Source of the DNA: Candidatus Bathyarchaeia archaeon
GTDB taxonomy: Archaea; Thermoproteota; Bathyarchaeia; Bathyarchaeales; Bathycorpusculaceae
Direction of reading: 5' to 3'
Assembly: GCA_049970895.1 (NCBI GenBank)
Contig: JBMFMB010000002.1
Span: 1 to 64,000, forward strand
Length of the DNA: 64,000 bases
Under the pieces are notes generated by a model, which had not been told where the DNA came from, searched no databases, and saw only the letters and a program-made list of their open reading frames with translations. Positions 9,428 through 20,114 of this stretch are shown in pieces; position 1 is the first letter of the stretch, and the number at the start of each line of letters is the position of its first letter. The position numbers and the translations under genes were made by a program.

Positions 9428-10813
9428 TTGAAGGACGTTTTAACTAAAGTTGTTAATGCTGCTGTCAACCAGTTTGGCGCTGATTATGTGGAGGTGCGTG
9501 CACAGAAACTTTCCAAGACTATGCTTGCCATTAAAGAAGATAAGGTTGAGGCGGCAAAAGAAGGCATTGAAAATGGTGCTGCCATAAGGGTGCTCGTCAA
9601 TGGTGCGTGGGGTTTTGCATCTTCATGCTCGCTTGATGCTAAAACTTTGGTGGACGTTGTCTCTGAAGCTTGTAGGATGGCTAAAGCCGCAAGCCAGAAG
9701 CTTAAAAATCCTATAAAGCTTGTTGAAAGCCGAGCCCTCGAAGATCGCGTTTCAGTGAAGCCAAAAAAAGATCCCTCAAAAATCCCTATAGAAGACAAGA
9801 TAAGAACAGCTTTAACCATTTCTGAGACAGTTTTGGGATATGACAAGCGTGTCAAAAGCTGCACTGTAGATTATTTGGATTTGGTTGGAGTCAACTATTT
9901 CATGAATAATGAAGGTGCATATATTGAGCAGGACAAACTATATGTTTGGTCAAGAATTCTAGTTACCGCCAAAGAAGGGGAAGTCTTCACATTCAGCCGT
10001 GAAGAGGTAGGTTCCACAGGTGGCTACGAAGTTTTTGATATAGAAGCCCCAGAGGTTGTCGGCGAAAGGGCTGCAAAAAGAGCTGTTGAGCAATTGAAGG
10101 CTAAAACTCCAAGAGGTGGAGCTTTCCCTGTGGTTTTAGGTCCAAATGTTGTCGGAGTTTTTGTTCATGAGGCTTTTGGTCATCTGGCTGAGGCGGATTT
10201 AACATTGTCGGGTTCTGTTCTCATGGGTAAGCTTGGCAAGAAGGTGGCTTCCGAAGTTGTAACCATATATGATGATGGAACCATTGAGGGTGCTTTTGGC
10301 TCTTTCAAGTATGATGATGAGGGTGTTCCAGCTCAAAAAACACTTTTAGTCAAAGACGGCGTCGTCGTCGGGCTCATGCATAACCGCGAAACAGCACAGG
10401 AATTTAATGCTAAGCCAACCGGCAATGCAAGAGCAGAAGATTTCCGTGTAGGGCCAATAATACGGATGCGCAACACTTTCCTAGAGCCCAAAGACTACTC
10501 GTTTGGAGAGCTTATCAAAGACATAAAATTTGGGTACTATTTCAAAAGCTTCAGGGGCGGACATGCAAATTTAGATGGCACCTTCCAAGTTGGAATACAA
10601 GAGGGTTATGAGATAATTAAGGGTGAAGTTGGTGAGCCCGTGCGTAATGCCTCAATAAGTGGCAACACGCTTGAAACATTGTATAAAGTGGATGCTGTTG
10701 GGAAGGACTTTGAACTTTGGCCTGGAAGATGCGGTAAGGGTCAAACAGCCTTTGTTTGTGATGGCGGTCCCCATATAAGAGTTAAAGAGGTGCTTGTAGG
10801 TGGCAGTGCTTAA
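9428..10813 (+). CDS. tldD: TldD family metalloprotease
   Basis: [21 protein letters not shown] (HExxxH), YDDEGV, TGNARA, IRMRNT, GRCGKGQ..GGPH; start set at TTG 9428 after a G-rich RBS (ORF track begins at 9359). Confidence 0.92.
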   Translation: MKDVLTKVVNAAVNQFGADYVEVRAQKLSKTMLAIKEDKVEAAKEGIENGAAIRVLVNGAWGFASSCSLDAKTLVDVVSEACRMAKAASQKLKNPIKLVESRALEDRVSVKPKKDPSKIPIEDKIRTALTISETVLGYDKRVKSCTVDYLDLVGVNYFMNNEGAYIEQDKLYVWSRILVTAKEGEVFTFSREEVGSTGGYEVFDIEAPEVVGERAAKRAVEQLKAKTPRGGAFPVVLGPNVVGVFVHEAFGHLAEADLTLSGSVLMGKLGKKVASEVVTIYDDGTIEGAFGSFKYDDEGVPAQKTLLVKDGVVVGLMHNRETAQEFNAKPTGNARAEDFRVGPIIRMRNTFLEPKDYSFGELIKDIKFGYYFKSFRGGHANLDGTFQVGIQEGYEIIKGEVGEPVRNASISGNTLETLYKVDAVGKDFELWPGRCGKGQTAFVCDGGPHIRVKEVLVGGSA

Positions 10814-12164
10814 AGAGGAAGAAACAATTAGTTTGGCTGAAAACGCTGTTAAATTTGCGCTTAAACATGGAGCTGACGAGGCTGAAGCCTTCGTATATCA
10901 AGGTTTAACGACGACTGTTGCCATTGAGAGAGGGCAAATCGCCAAAAGTTCAAGAATAATCGACCAAGGACTTGGAGTTAGGACAGTTGTTAATAAGGCG
11001 GTTGGCTTTTCTTACACAAACATTGTTAATAGCAAAGCGGCGGTGGAGGAAACTGTTCTAAAATCTTTGAAATCTGCGAAAGCTAGTAAGCCGGACAAGG
11101 ATTGGAAGGGCTTCCCATATAAAAAACCCTGCGCCGATGTGAGAGGCACATTTGATAGTGCTGTTTGTGAATTATCTCCAGAGGATTTGGTTAAGCTTTC
11201 TTCTTTGATGCTGGATGCCGCTGAAAAAACCGATGAGCGTGTCTTTCCAATAGAGGGTGGAACAGGGGCTTCTTACCTTTCTAGGGCTGTTGTAAACTCA
11301 AACGGTGTGGTGGGCTTTGATTGTGGAACAATTATAGAATGTAGTTTGGCAACGGTAGCTCATGAAGGTGGTGAAGTAACACCCGTCTGTTTCGAGTTTA
11401 ACGCTGAGAGAATTTACAAAATAGACCCTGAATGGGTGGGCAGAGAGGCTGCTCGCCTTGCTGGTTTGGCACTGAGGGCTAAACGGGTGGAGACGAGAAA
11501 TATGGAGGTTATTTTCGCCCATTTTGCCTTACAACAGCTTCTTTATTATACTTTGATGGATGCTGTTAAGGCGGATTGTGTGCAGCGAAATCGGTCAGCT
11601 CTTAAAGGTAGGATTGGTGAAAAAGTGGCCTCAGAAACCGTAACAATATTTGATGATGGCTTACTTGAGGGTGGGCTTCGAACATGGAAGTTTGACGGCG
11701 AAGGAGTCCCGCAACAGAAGACCCTCATAATAGGGCGAGGAGTGTTGCGGAACTTCATTTATGATAACTATACTGCCAAAAAAGAGGGGATGGAGAGCAC
11801 TGGAAACGCTTTCAGGGCTGGTTATTTGTCAACACCAAATGTTGAGACAACAAATTTCCATTTTGCAGTTGGGGAAAAATCTCCTGAGGAGCTTATAGGT
11901 GAAGTTGATGAGGGGCTTCTGGTTTACTCATTACAAGGGGCACATAGCAGCAATCCAGCAAGCGGGGAATTCTCTGTTGTGGCAACTCCCGCATGGAAAA
12001 TTGAGAAGGGCAGAATTGTCCACTCAGTTAAAGGTGCTATGCTGGCTGGCAACGTTTTTGAAGTTTTAAAGAATATTTCAGATTTGGCTAACAATGAAAG
12101 AAAGGTTGGTTCGCTCGTTGCGCCATGGGTTCTTGTGGAAAATGTTAAAGTTATCGGAAAGTAA
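10800..12164 (+). CDS. pmbA: PmbA/TldE family protein
   Basis: [32 protein letters not shown]; lacks HExxH; overlaps tldD. Confidence 0.9.
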   Translation: MAVLKEEETISLAENAVKFALKHGADEAEAFVYQGLTTTVAIERGQIAKSSRIIDQGLGVRTVVNKAVGFSYTNIVNSKAAVEETVLKSLKSAKASKPDKDWKGFPYKKPCADVRGTFDSAVCELSPEDLVKLSSLMLDAAEKTDERVFPIEGGTGASYLSRAVVNSNGVVGFDCGTIIECSLATVAHEGGEVTPVCFEFNAERIYKIDPEWVGREAARLAGLALRAKRVETRNMEVIFAHFALQQLLYYTLMDAVKADCVQRNRSALKGRIGEKVASETVTIFDDGLLEGGLRTWKFDGEGVPQQKTLIIGRGVLRNFIYDNYTAKKEGMESTGNAFRAGYLSTPNVETTNFHFAVGEKSPEELIGEVDEGLLVYSLQGAHSSNPASGEFSVVATPAWKIEKGRIVHSVKGAMLAGNVFEVLKNISDLANNERKVGSLVAPWVLVENVKVIGK

Positions 12165-12188
12165 ATAACCTAAACTTTCACTATCTCA

Positions 12189-13148
12189 TTGAAAAATGGG
12201 GCTGAAATGTTGAAGGCAAGCATCCGTCAAAATCTACTCAAATTTAACACGTTTCGCAGAATAGTTCAGTTTCTATCCTTCATATTGTTCAGTGCTATGC
12301 TCTTTAATTTAGGATCCCCTCCATTAGTGCTTCCAGTTTTATGGACTTGGGGTTATCAGCCTAACACTGTTGGAGATGCTTTTACAGCGCTACAGCTGAT
12401 GTTTAGCGGATGGGGACAGTCGCCAGTTGTTTTCCCATGGCTTGCAGTAGCATCCTTCCTCATAGTTGGTGTTTTGATCGGCAAATCCCTCTGCGGTTGG
12501 GTTTGTCCTTTCGGCTTTATCCAAGACCTGATAAGCTTCATTAAGGTGAAGAAGACAGAGGTTTCACCTAAAACCCATAGGAACATGACTTTAGTAAAAT
12601 ATTTTGTTTTAGGTATTGCACTTTTTATCAGCCTAACATTTTCGGCAACTAAACTTGCCGGAACTTACAGAGACTATGAGAGGGCATTGGGCATATTTGC
12701 CTATGCCCCCTTCACTGCTGTAAGTCCGGCTGAAACCTTGTTTTCAACGTTGCCGAGGGGCACTCAAATTTTTTCAATGGAGGTTATGGAGAAGCCGGTT
12801 TTAGATGTTTTATCCGGGGTTTTGGATTTGCCTCCTCTCTTCTGGGCTCAGCTGTTCATTCTTGTTGGTGTTCTTGTTTTGGCAGCTTATGTTCCGCGGG
12901 GATGGTGTAGGTATCTGTGCCCTCATGGTGCTATAATGGCTTTCCTAAACAAGTTTAGCTTTCTTGGTTTGCGGAGAGATCCCGTAAGATGTATTAAGGG
13001 TGAATGTCGCGAATGTGTCAAAGCTTGTCCAATGGTGGTTCCAATTTTGGATCTTCCATGGGAGAAGTTCAGCGACCCAGAATGCATTTACTGCTTGAAA
13101 TGTTCTGACGCCTGCCCGCAAAAAGCAATTAGGCTTAAGTATCCATAG
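12189..13148 (+). CDS. Membrane 4Fe-4S binding protein (NapH/MauN/YccM-like)
   Basis: Several TM segments, CGWVCPFG and WCRYLCPHG motifs, C-terminal CIKGECRECVKACP and CIYCLKCSDACP. Confidence 0.88.
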   Translation: MKNGAEMLKASIRQNLLKFNTFRRIVQFLSFILFSAMLFNLGSPPLVLPVLWTWGYQPNTVGDAFTALQLMFSGWGQSPVVFPWLAVASFLIVGVLIGKSLCGWVCPFGFIQDLISFIKVKKTEVSPKTHRNMTLVKYFVLGIALFISLTFSATKLAGTYRDYERALGIFAYAPFTAVSPAETLFSTLPRGTQIFSMEVMEKPVLDVLSGVLDLPPLFWAQLFILVGVLVLAAYVPRGWCRYLCPHGAIMAFLNKFSFLGLRRDPVRCIKGECRECVKACPMVVPILDLPWEKFSDPECIYCLKCSDACPQKAIRLKYP

Positions 13149-13160
13149 TTAGTAGCTGTG

Positions 13161-14363
13161 CTAAGCCCAGAAAGTCTTTGAGTACTCGCTTAAAACGTTC
13201 TCGTAAACCTTTTTTGTTTGCTGGCTTATTTTCTCCCAGTTATAAGTTTCAACAACTTTTCGGTAGGCGTTTTTCCTCAAATTATTAGCTAAATCATTGT
13301 CAAGCAAGACACGTGTTATCCCCCACGCCAACGAGTCTGGGTTGTTTGGATAAACCTTAATGCCTGTCACTTCGTGTTCAACTATTTCTGATAAGCCACC
13401 AGTATCTGAAACCACAACTGGACTTTTGGCTGCCATCGCTTCAAGTGCCACAATTCCAAAGGGTTCAAAGAGGGATGGAACAACTGAAACGTCTGCACAT
13501 TTTTGTAAGTTCCGTAGCGTTTTATCGTCCACAAAGCCTGTAAACATAACTTTGTGGGCTAACCCTATGTTTTTTATGTGTTCTGATAGGGATTGTTGCA
13601 TGTACCCGTTTCCAACAATAACGAATTTTGCGTTGACTTTTTCCAAAACTTTCGGCACTGCATTTACCAGGACGTGTATGCCCTTCTCATAAACGAGGCG
13701 ACCGACAAACAACACGATTTTCTCTTCTGGTAGGGCGAACCGTCGCCTAAACTGGTTTAAGTCATTGTCGCTTTTTTCATACTCTTTTGCGTCCACACCG
13801 TTTGGAATCATGATGAGTTTATCTTCTGGAAGCCCAAAAACCCATTTCACGTGAGAAATCATATAGTTGCTGCAGCATATAACCCTCCAAGCCTCATAGG
13901 TGAGCCAAGCCTCCGTTTCATGAATCATCCTCTCATAATCGGAGTGAATGCCATTCCGCCTCCCATACTCTGTGGAATGAATCGTCGCTAAAAGGGGTCT
14001 CCTAAAAACGTGTTTTAAGCCTATTCCAGCATTTGCCACAAGCCAGTCGTGGGCGTGGAAAATGTCAACTCCGCCTAACTCCCTAACAATGAAGGCTGCC
14101 TCCTTCTGCATATTCATATTCATCAAGTAAACCCAGCTTGCAAAATCTGGCGAGGGGTTCTTGTAGGAATCAACCCTATAAACCTCAACACCGTTCAGCG
14201 TTTCATGCGAAGGGGCACCTGGAAAATCGCATGTGACGACATAAACCTTAACGCCGCTTTTTGCAAGGCTTCTTGACAAGTAATAGACGTGGGGCGAAAT
14301 TCCGCCAACAATTCTTGGCGGGAACTCCCATGTGAGCATCATAACCCTTAATATGTCAGGCAC
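13161..14363 (-). CDS. GT4 family glycosyltransferase (glycogen/alpha-glucan synthase-like)
   Basis: WEFPPRIVGG, HAHDWL, TIHSTEYGR, FVGRLVYEKG, PSLFEPFGIVALEAMA. Confidence 0.92.
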   Translation of the reverse strand: MPDILRVMMLTWEFPPRIVGGISPHVYYLSRSLAKSGVKVYVVTCDFPGAPSHETLNGVEVYRVDSYKNPSPDFASWVYLMNMNMQKEAAFIVRELGGVDIFHAHDWLVANAGIGLKHVFRRPLLATIHSTEYGRRNGIHSDYERMIHETEAWLTYEAWRVICCSNYMISHVKWVFGLPEDKLIMIPNGVDAKEYEKSDNDLNQFRRRFALPEEKIVLFVGRLVYEKGIHVLVNAVPKVLEKVNAKFVIVGNGYMQQSLSEHIKNIGLAHKVMFTGFVDDKTLRNLQKCADVSVVPSLFEPFGIVALEAMAAKSPVVVSDTGGLSEIVEHEVTGIKVYPNNPDSLAWGITRVLLDNDLANNLRKNAYRKVVETYNWEKISQQTKKVYENVLSEYSKTFWA

Positions 14364-14978
14364 TTATGAGCCCTCCCGAAGGCTTTTGTAGACTTCCAAA
14401 ATGGTCTTGATCCATCGTTCAGACCCGGGTTTAACAACATTTATTTTTGCTACTGGAACCTTGTAGATTCTGGCGGCTTCGCTTGCCATCCATTCGGATT
14501 TCGCAAGAATTTTGCCTGCTTCATGCATGCCAAGCCACTCAATGCTCTTAATAGCCATATTAAAAGGAGAATCAGCACCATGAGAGCGGTGATCTTCCAA
14601 ACTCTCAATGGAATATGCAAAGGGGATGCCAAAAGCCTTCTTCAAGGTGACCGCTGCTGGAATAAAATGCCAGTCCTGCACGTCCATAGCGTCTATGTGC
14701 CCGCATGCCCTATAGTATATGTTGGCGGCGGCACGCTCCACTTCTTGATTTAATGTTAGGACCCATGTGAGAACACTTATGTGGGTTTTAACAGGATTTG
14801 TCACCCTGTAAGTTTTGACGCCGTTTTCTTCAAACTCCCCCATCATATAATCATGATAAGTAACCACGTATGTTTCGATTCTGTTTTTGGCAAGTTGCAC
14901 CGCCAACTCCTTCACATAATCTGCAAGTTTGCCAACGACTCTTGGCGGATACTCCCATGAAAGGATTACAACTCGCAT
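14364..14978 (-). CDS. Stand-alone GT4 N-terminal-domain protein
   Basis: WEYPPRVVG, QDWH, SIESLEDHR parallel the neighbouring GT4 N-domain; no GRL/EPFG C-domain. Confidence 0.75.
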   Translation of the reverse strand: MRVVILSWEYPPRVVGKLADYVKELAVQLAKNRIETYVVTYHDYMMGEFEENGVKTYRVTNPVKTHISVLTWVLTLNQEVERAAANIYYRACGHIDAMDVQDWHFIPAAVTLKKAFGIPFAYSIESLEDHRSHGADSPFNMAIKSIEWLGMHEAGKILAKSEWMASEAARIYKVPVAKINVVKPGSERWIKTILEVYKSLREGS

Positions 14979-14991
14979 TTGTAACCGCCAG

Positions 14992-15267
14992 TCAAGTGAA
15001 AAGGGCGCAAACTTTGATTATTCCCCTTCCAGTTAGATAATACCACTTCTTTCCATGCTCGTCGGCGAAGCTTTCCACGTAGCCCTCGCATCCGTACCCG
15101 TCCAAAATCCTCTCAACCTCTGCAACATCCAACTGTAAGACTTGAGCTAGTTCTTCGCTTTTCCTCGCCAAATCTGGGGCTGTTGCACATAGGTTGTGGA
15201 GTGTTTGCAGAATTTTCTCGGATATTGGGAGCTCCTCCCTCAATAGATGTTCACCTTTTAAGCCCAA
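14992..15267 (-). CDS. Small winged-helix protein
   Basis: SEELAQVL helix-turn-helix, GYVES...KWYYLTGRG wing. Confidence 0.65.
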   Translation of the reverse strand: MGLKGEHLLREELPISEKILQTLHNLCATAPDLARKSEELAQVLQLDVAEVERILDGYGCEGYVESFADEHGKKWYYLTGRGIIKVCALFT

Positions 15268-15303
15268 AACATGCCATGCGTTTTATTAAAGGCTTACGTG
15301 TGT

Positions 15304-16851
15304 TTAAAAGTATTCCGTCAAAGCCTTCAACTGTTGAACCAGCTCGCTGAATCTTTCTTTGGCGGCAGCGGTTAAGGCTTTCCTTAAGGCTTGCCCCCTT
15401 ATTTTCGAAAGCCTAATCTCTCTAAGTTTTTTAGCCAAAACCTTGTCATGAAGCGAATTTTCAGCCCATTTTTCAAAGTCGCCGCGGTTGTTGTGGAATT
15501 CTATGGATTTTATTTCAGCCTTCTGGAGGGCTTTGATGAACCCCTTAAGGCTCCAAGCCATTATTCCAGTATAATTTTCCTCTCCCAAACCTCGGTAAAA
15601 GAGGAATGGTTCATTGGCTGTTACTGTTGCAAGCCGCAAGCGGTTCTCAAAGTCAAGAATTGCCGCTTGGGCTGTTGCATAGGCGTCGGTTGGAGTGCTG
15701 AAGGGGCTGAAGTAGGAGTGAACTTCGCCTGGGGCTCCTCCGGCTGTGAACATGTAATATAGGTGGTCGCTTGTTTGGAAGTATCGCCATATTCTTAGAA
15801 AATCTTTGTCCTCTGACTCTTTAACGATGGGTTCAAGTCTTCTGACAGATGTGTAGTAAGCCCATTGGAGGGTGTTTCCAAGCCAGCAACTTGCATCCCT
15901 TTCCAAGTCAGCCCAAGACACCGTTCCACCCAGTTCTGGCACGTCAATTTCTCCAGCAGCCTCATATTTTTCAACAACTTCCGACGGTGTTGCCATGTGG
16001 AGGTGCCACCACTTCAAAATTTCCCCTGGTAGGTGCTTCAAAAACTCGTGAATGCCTGTTTCTGGCCAGTGATGCTCGCCGAAGGTTTCATAGTCTGGGA
16101 ATATGTTTATGCAGTTTCCCGGTGTTGCTGCCAGCCAGCTTGCGTATTTGTCTGCGGTTAGTGGCCACTCGCTCCACCATCTTGCGGAGAACCTAAAGCC
16201 TATGTCATCCGTTAGCTTATAGTTTCTGAGGAGTACTTTGATTTTCCTGCATCCTTTCGGCTTATACACGTAGTTGGGCGACTTTTCATGAAGTATTTTT
16301 TCTGTTCCTTCCGTGAATATTCCAGCAAAGCCAAACTCTTCTGCAATTCTTGCTATGACATTGTTGTATAATAGCTCGGTGTTCTCGAAGACTCGTGGCG
16401 TGTAGCCCAACAGGTCCTTTATTGCTTGCCTGTGCATTTTTATCTGTTCAATGAACTCCGTTTTTTCTGGGTAGAGGCTTGCAAGTGAATGGTAGTATGT
16501 TTGGTTTAGAAATTCCACACAGCCAGTTTCCCCAAGCTGTTTGAAGGACTCTAGCAAATCTTTGTTAAACATTTCACACTGTTCGAGGAAGGTTCCAGAA
16601 ATGCTAAAGGAGACTTTTACTTGTTTTTTCTCCCGCTTATACTTGTCTATTAGGTCTAGCAGTATCTGGTTTGATGGAAAATAGCACTTTTTGCATGCTC
16701 TTTCGAAAATTTCCTTGTCTAGTTCATGGTTAAAATAGTAGTTGAAGAGCTCCTCCCTTTTTAGACGTTTGAAAAGCTTGTTCTCCCAAAAGTAGTTCTT
16801 CCTTAACCTATGGGGCTGGTGGACTTCGAACACGAAAACTATGTCCGTCAA
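15304..16851 (-). CDS. GH57 alpha-amylase-like hydrolase with C-terminal DUF5752-like domain
   Basis: FEVHQP, QTYYHSL, FENTEL (nucleophile), DDIGFRFS, PDYETFGEH, QTSDHLYYM; C-terminal PFLFY...SIEFHNNRGDFEKW. Confidence 0.9.
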   Translation of the reverse strand: MTDIVFVFEVHQPHRLRKNYFWENKLFKRLKREELFNYYFNHELDKEIFERACKKCYFPSNQILLDLIDKYKREKKQVKVSFSISGTFLEQCEMFNKDLLESFKQLGETGCVEFLNQTYYHSLASLYPEKTEFIEQIKMHRQAIKDLLGYTPRVFENTELLYNNVIARIAEEFGFAGIFTEGTEKILHEKSPNYVYKPKGCRKIKVLLRNYKLTDDIGFRFSARWWSEWPLTADKYASWLAATPGNCINIFPDYETFGEHHWPETGIHEFLKHLPGEILKWWHLHMATPSEVVEKYEAAGEIDVPELGGTVSWADLERDASCWLGNTLQWAYYTSVRRLEPIVKESEDKDFLRIWRYFQTSDHLYYMFTAGGAPGEVHSYFSPFSTPTDAYATAQAAILDFENRLRLATVTANEPFLFYRGLGEENYTGIMAWSLKGFIKALQKAEIKSIEFHNNRGDFEKWAENSLHDKVLAKKLREIRLSKIRGQALRKALTAAAKERFSELVQQLKALTEYF

Positions 16852-17059
16852 TCTGTTAGCCTCTGTTCTTGTGTTTGTTATTGTTCTTTTTTGCCTTATA
16901 TTTCTGATTTGCTAAGTTTTAGATTGATTCGGATTTGATTTCTATAATTTCATTTCTTAAAACAAAGGTGAATAGCGTGTCGACTGAAAAAATAGCATTG
17001 AAAGTCGCCAAGAGCTGAAGCAGATGATGGTCAACGAGATAAACCTTGTGAAAAGGGTT

Positions 17060-17620
17060 TAACCGTGATTTGACATTTTCATTATACAACGTTTTAAATG
17101 CAACCAAGTTCACTAATAGCATGTTAAATAAGGAAGACTGCATTTACGAGTTGTCTCGTCCACGACTGGTTGAGTAGCATAGCCGGAATCATAATAAAGA
17201 ATGAGACAAAGGTACCAGTTGCTTTCACGTCTACAGCACGGAGTGGGAAGAAGTGGTGGGCGAGGCTCGGATGCTGTCTCCTATCTTGAGTGTGCTACCG
17301 CGCGAGGACTGACAGATAGTAACCGCCAGCCATGCAATGCAAGAGGCTGACTTGGGTTAAGGACGTCATAAACCCTTGTTCAAGCCATGCCCATGATTTG
17401 GCTGAATATCCAAAAACTAAGCTTGTTATTTTGGGCAAGGGAGAGCAGCAAAACGACATAATTGAGGCTGCTGTTAGGCTTGGAATAAGCGAAAAGCTGA
17501 TTTGCAGATTTGACTTCGTGCCGGAAAAGGTGCGCATACTAATTATGCGGCGGCAGACGTCTGTGTTTTTCCTATGTTAATGGTGGAAACCCCTGCTGAC
17601 ATAGCATGGGGGCATAAAAG
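17060..17620 (+). pseudogene. Decayed GT4 glycosyltransferase gene (several frameshifts/deletions; boundaries approximate)
   Basis: Fragments in changing frames: VHDWLSSIAG (HDW at 17161), HVYSTEW (17226), RLTWVK, YPKTKLVILGKGEQ, YAAADVCVFP (17544). Confidence 0.8.
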
Positions 17621-17700
17621 AGGTTTTATGCGACCCTAAAAGAGCCAATAATGAGGGAGAAGATTACAAAAAATAAAATGGAAATTTGGCGAAATCAAAG

Positions 17701-18930
17701 TTAACGCTTGCGAGCCGTTGCCTTTTCTAAGGCTACCACGCCTGGAAGCTTCTTACCCATTAAGAACTCTATTAAGGCTCCACCAGCAGTGCTCACGTAG
17801 GATATTTTGTTGGATAAGCCCAACTCTTGAAGGGCTGCTATTGTGTGGCCTCCACCGGCTAAAGAGAACGCCTTCGAGTTGGCGATTTCCTCGAAAATTC
17901 GTTTCGTTCCATAGATGAATTCGCTGTTTTCAAAAACCCCCATGGGACCGCTTACCACAATCGATTTTGCGTTGCGTATTATTTTTGCATAGTTTTCAAC
18001 GGTCTTTGCTCCGATATCAAATATTGGATAGTCTGTTGGAAGTTTTTCAACAGGGATTTCTTTTCGCTTTTTTTCAACTTCTACGGCTACGTCTGCTGGA
18101 ACCTTAATTTTTTCAGGATACTTCCCCATTAGCTCCTTTATTCCAGAAACTAAGCCCATCAGTTTTTTCTCTTCTAGGAATTTCATGTTTGGCTTGCCTA
18201 GGTCATATCCCTTTGCAACCATGAAGACGTGGCCGACAACGCCACCCGTTAATACATAGTCTGCTATTCCGTTGTCCAAAACATATTTTGAAATTTCGAG
18301 GGAGTCGTCTGCCTTAGCGCCGCCGAGCACGTAGACGCATGGTTTTTCCGGGTTTTCCAGCACTCTGCTTAGGGATTTCAGTTCCCTCTCCATAATTCTT
18401 CCGGCGACGCTTGGCAAAACAGCCGTGAAGCCAACCATTGAAACGTGGGCTCTGTGGGCTGCCGCAAAAGCGTCGTTAACGAATATGTCTACCAGTGGCG
18501 CTAATGCCTTAACAAGCTCTGTTTTTGCATGTTCTTCTGGTGTGCCTTCCTTTGTTTCTCCAGCAAAGTTCCTAACATTGTCTAGGACTAGGATTTCGCC
18601 GCTTTTCAGCTCCTTAATCGCTTTTTGGGCTTTCTCCCCAAAAACGTCGTCCACAAACTTCACTGGTTTGCCCAAAACTCTGCTTAAGATTTCTGCGTGC
18701 TGTTTTAATGGTATAAAGTCTGGGTCGCCTTTTCTTCCTTGGTGGGCAAGCACAACCACTTTGGCACCTTTTTCGGCCAGCTCTTTTAAAGTGGTTTCGC
18801 CATGTGCCCTAATCCTTGTGTCATCTAGAACCTTCTTCGTTTCCGGGTCCACGGGAGAGTTAAAGTCAACTCTTACAAGAACAACTTTGTCTTTCACGTC
18901 AACATCGTCTAGGGTTAAATATTTAGCCAT
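17701..18930 (-). CDS. pgk: Phosphoglycerate kinase
   Basis: VRVDFNSP, LAHQGR, NDAFAAAHRAH, LGGAK, SGPMGVFE, GGGHT, STAGGA. Confidence 0.97.
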   Translation of the reverse strand: MAKYLTLDDVDVKDKVVLVRVDFNSPVDPETKKVLDDTRIRAHGETTLKELAEKGAKVVVLAHQGRKGDPDFIPLKQHAEILSRVLGKPVKFVDDVFGEKAQKAIKELKSGEILVLDNVRNFAGETKEGTPEEHAKTELVKALAPLVDIFVNDAFAAAHRAHVSMVGFTAVLPSVAGRIMERELKSLSRVLENPEKPCVYVLGGAKADDSLEISKYVLDNGIADYVLTGGVVGHVFMVAKGYDLGKPNMKFLEEKKLMGLVSGIKELMGKYPEKIKVPADVAVEVEKKRKEIPVEKLPTDYPIFDIGAKTVENYAKIIRNAKSIVVSGPMGVFENSEFIYGTKRIFEEIANSKAFSLAGGGHTIAALQELGLSNKISYVSTAGGALIEFLMGKKLPGVVALEKATARKR

Positions 18931-19008
18931 ACCATTATCCCCTCTTTTAGGCTTTGGAACAAAAAATAGAGAGGGGTTGTTTGTTTTAAAGTTTTATATT
19001 TGGCTTGG

Positions 19009-20022
<1,014 letters not shown>

Positions 20023-20114
20023 TTAAATCACCATTTTACGCTAAATTTCGGATATTATTGGAATTGTTTCTCTTATTAATTTTCCGACGGAGATAAAAAG
20101 AAAAGTATGGGTTT

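Noticed and set aside
17332-17580. 82-aa ORF as an independent gene
   Set aside because: It is one frame segment of the decayed GT4 pseudogene.
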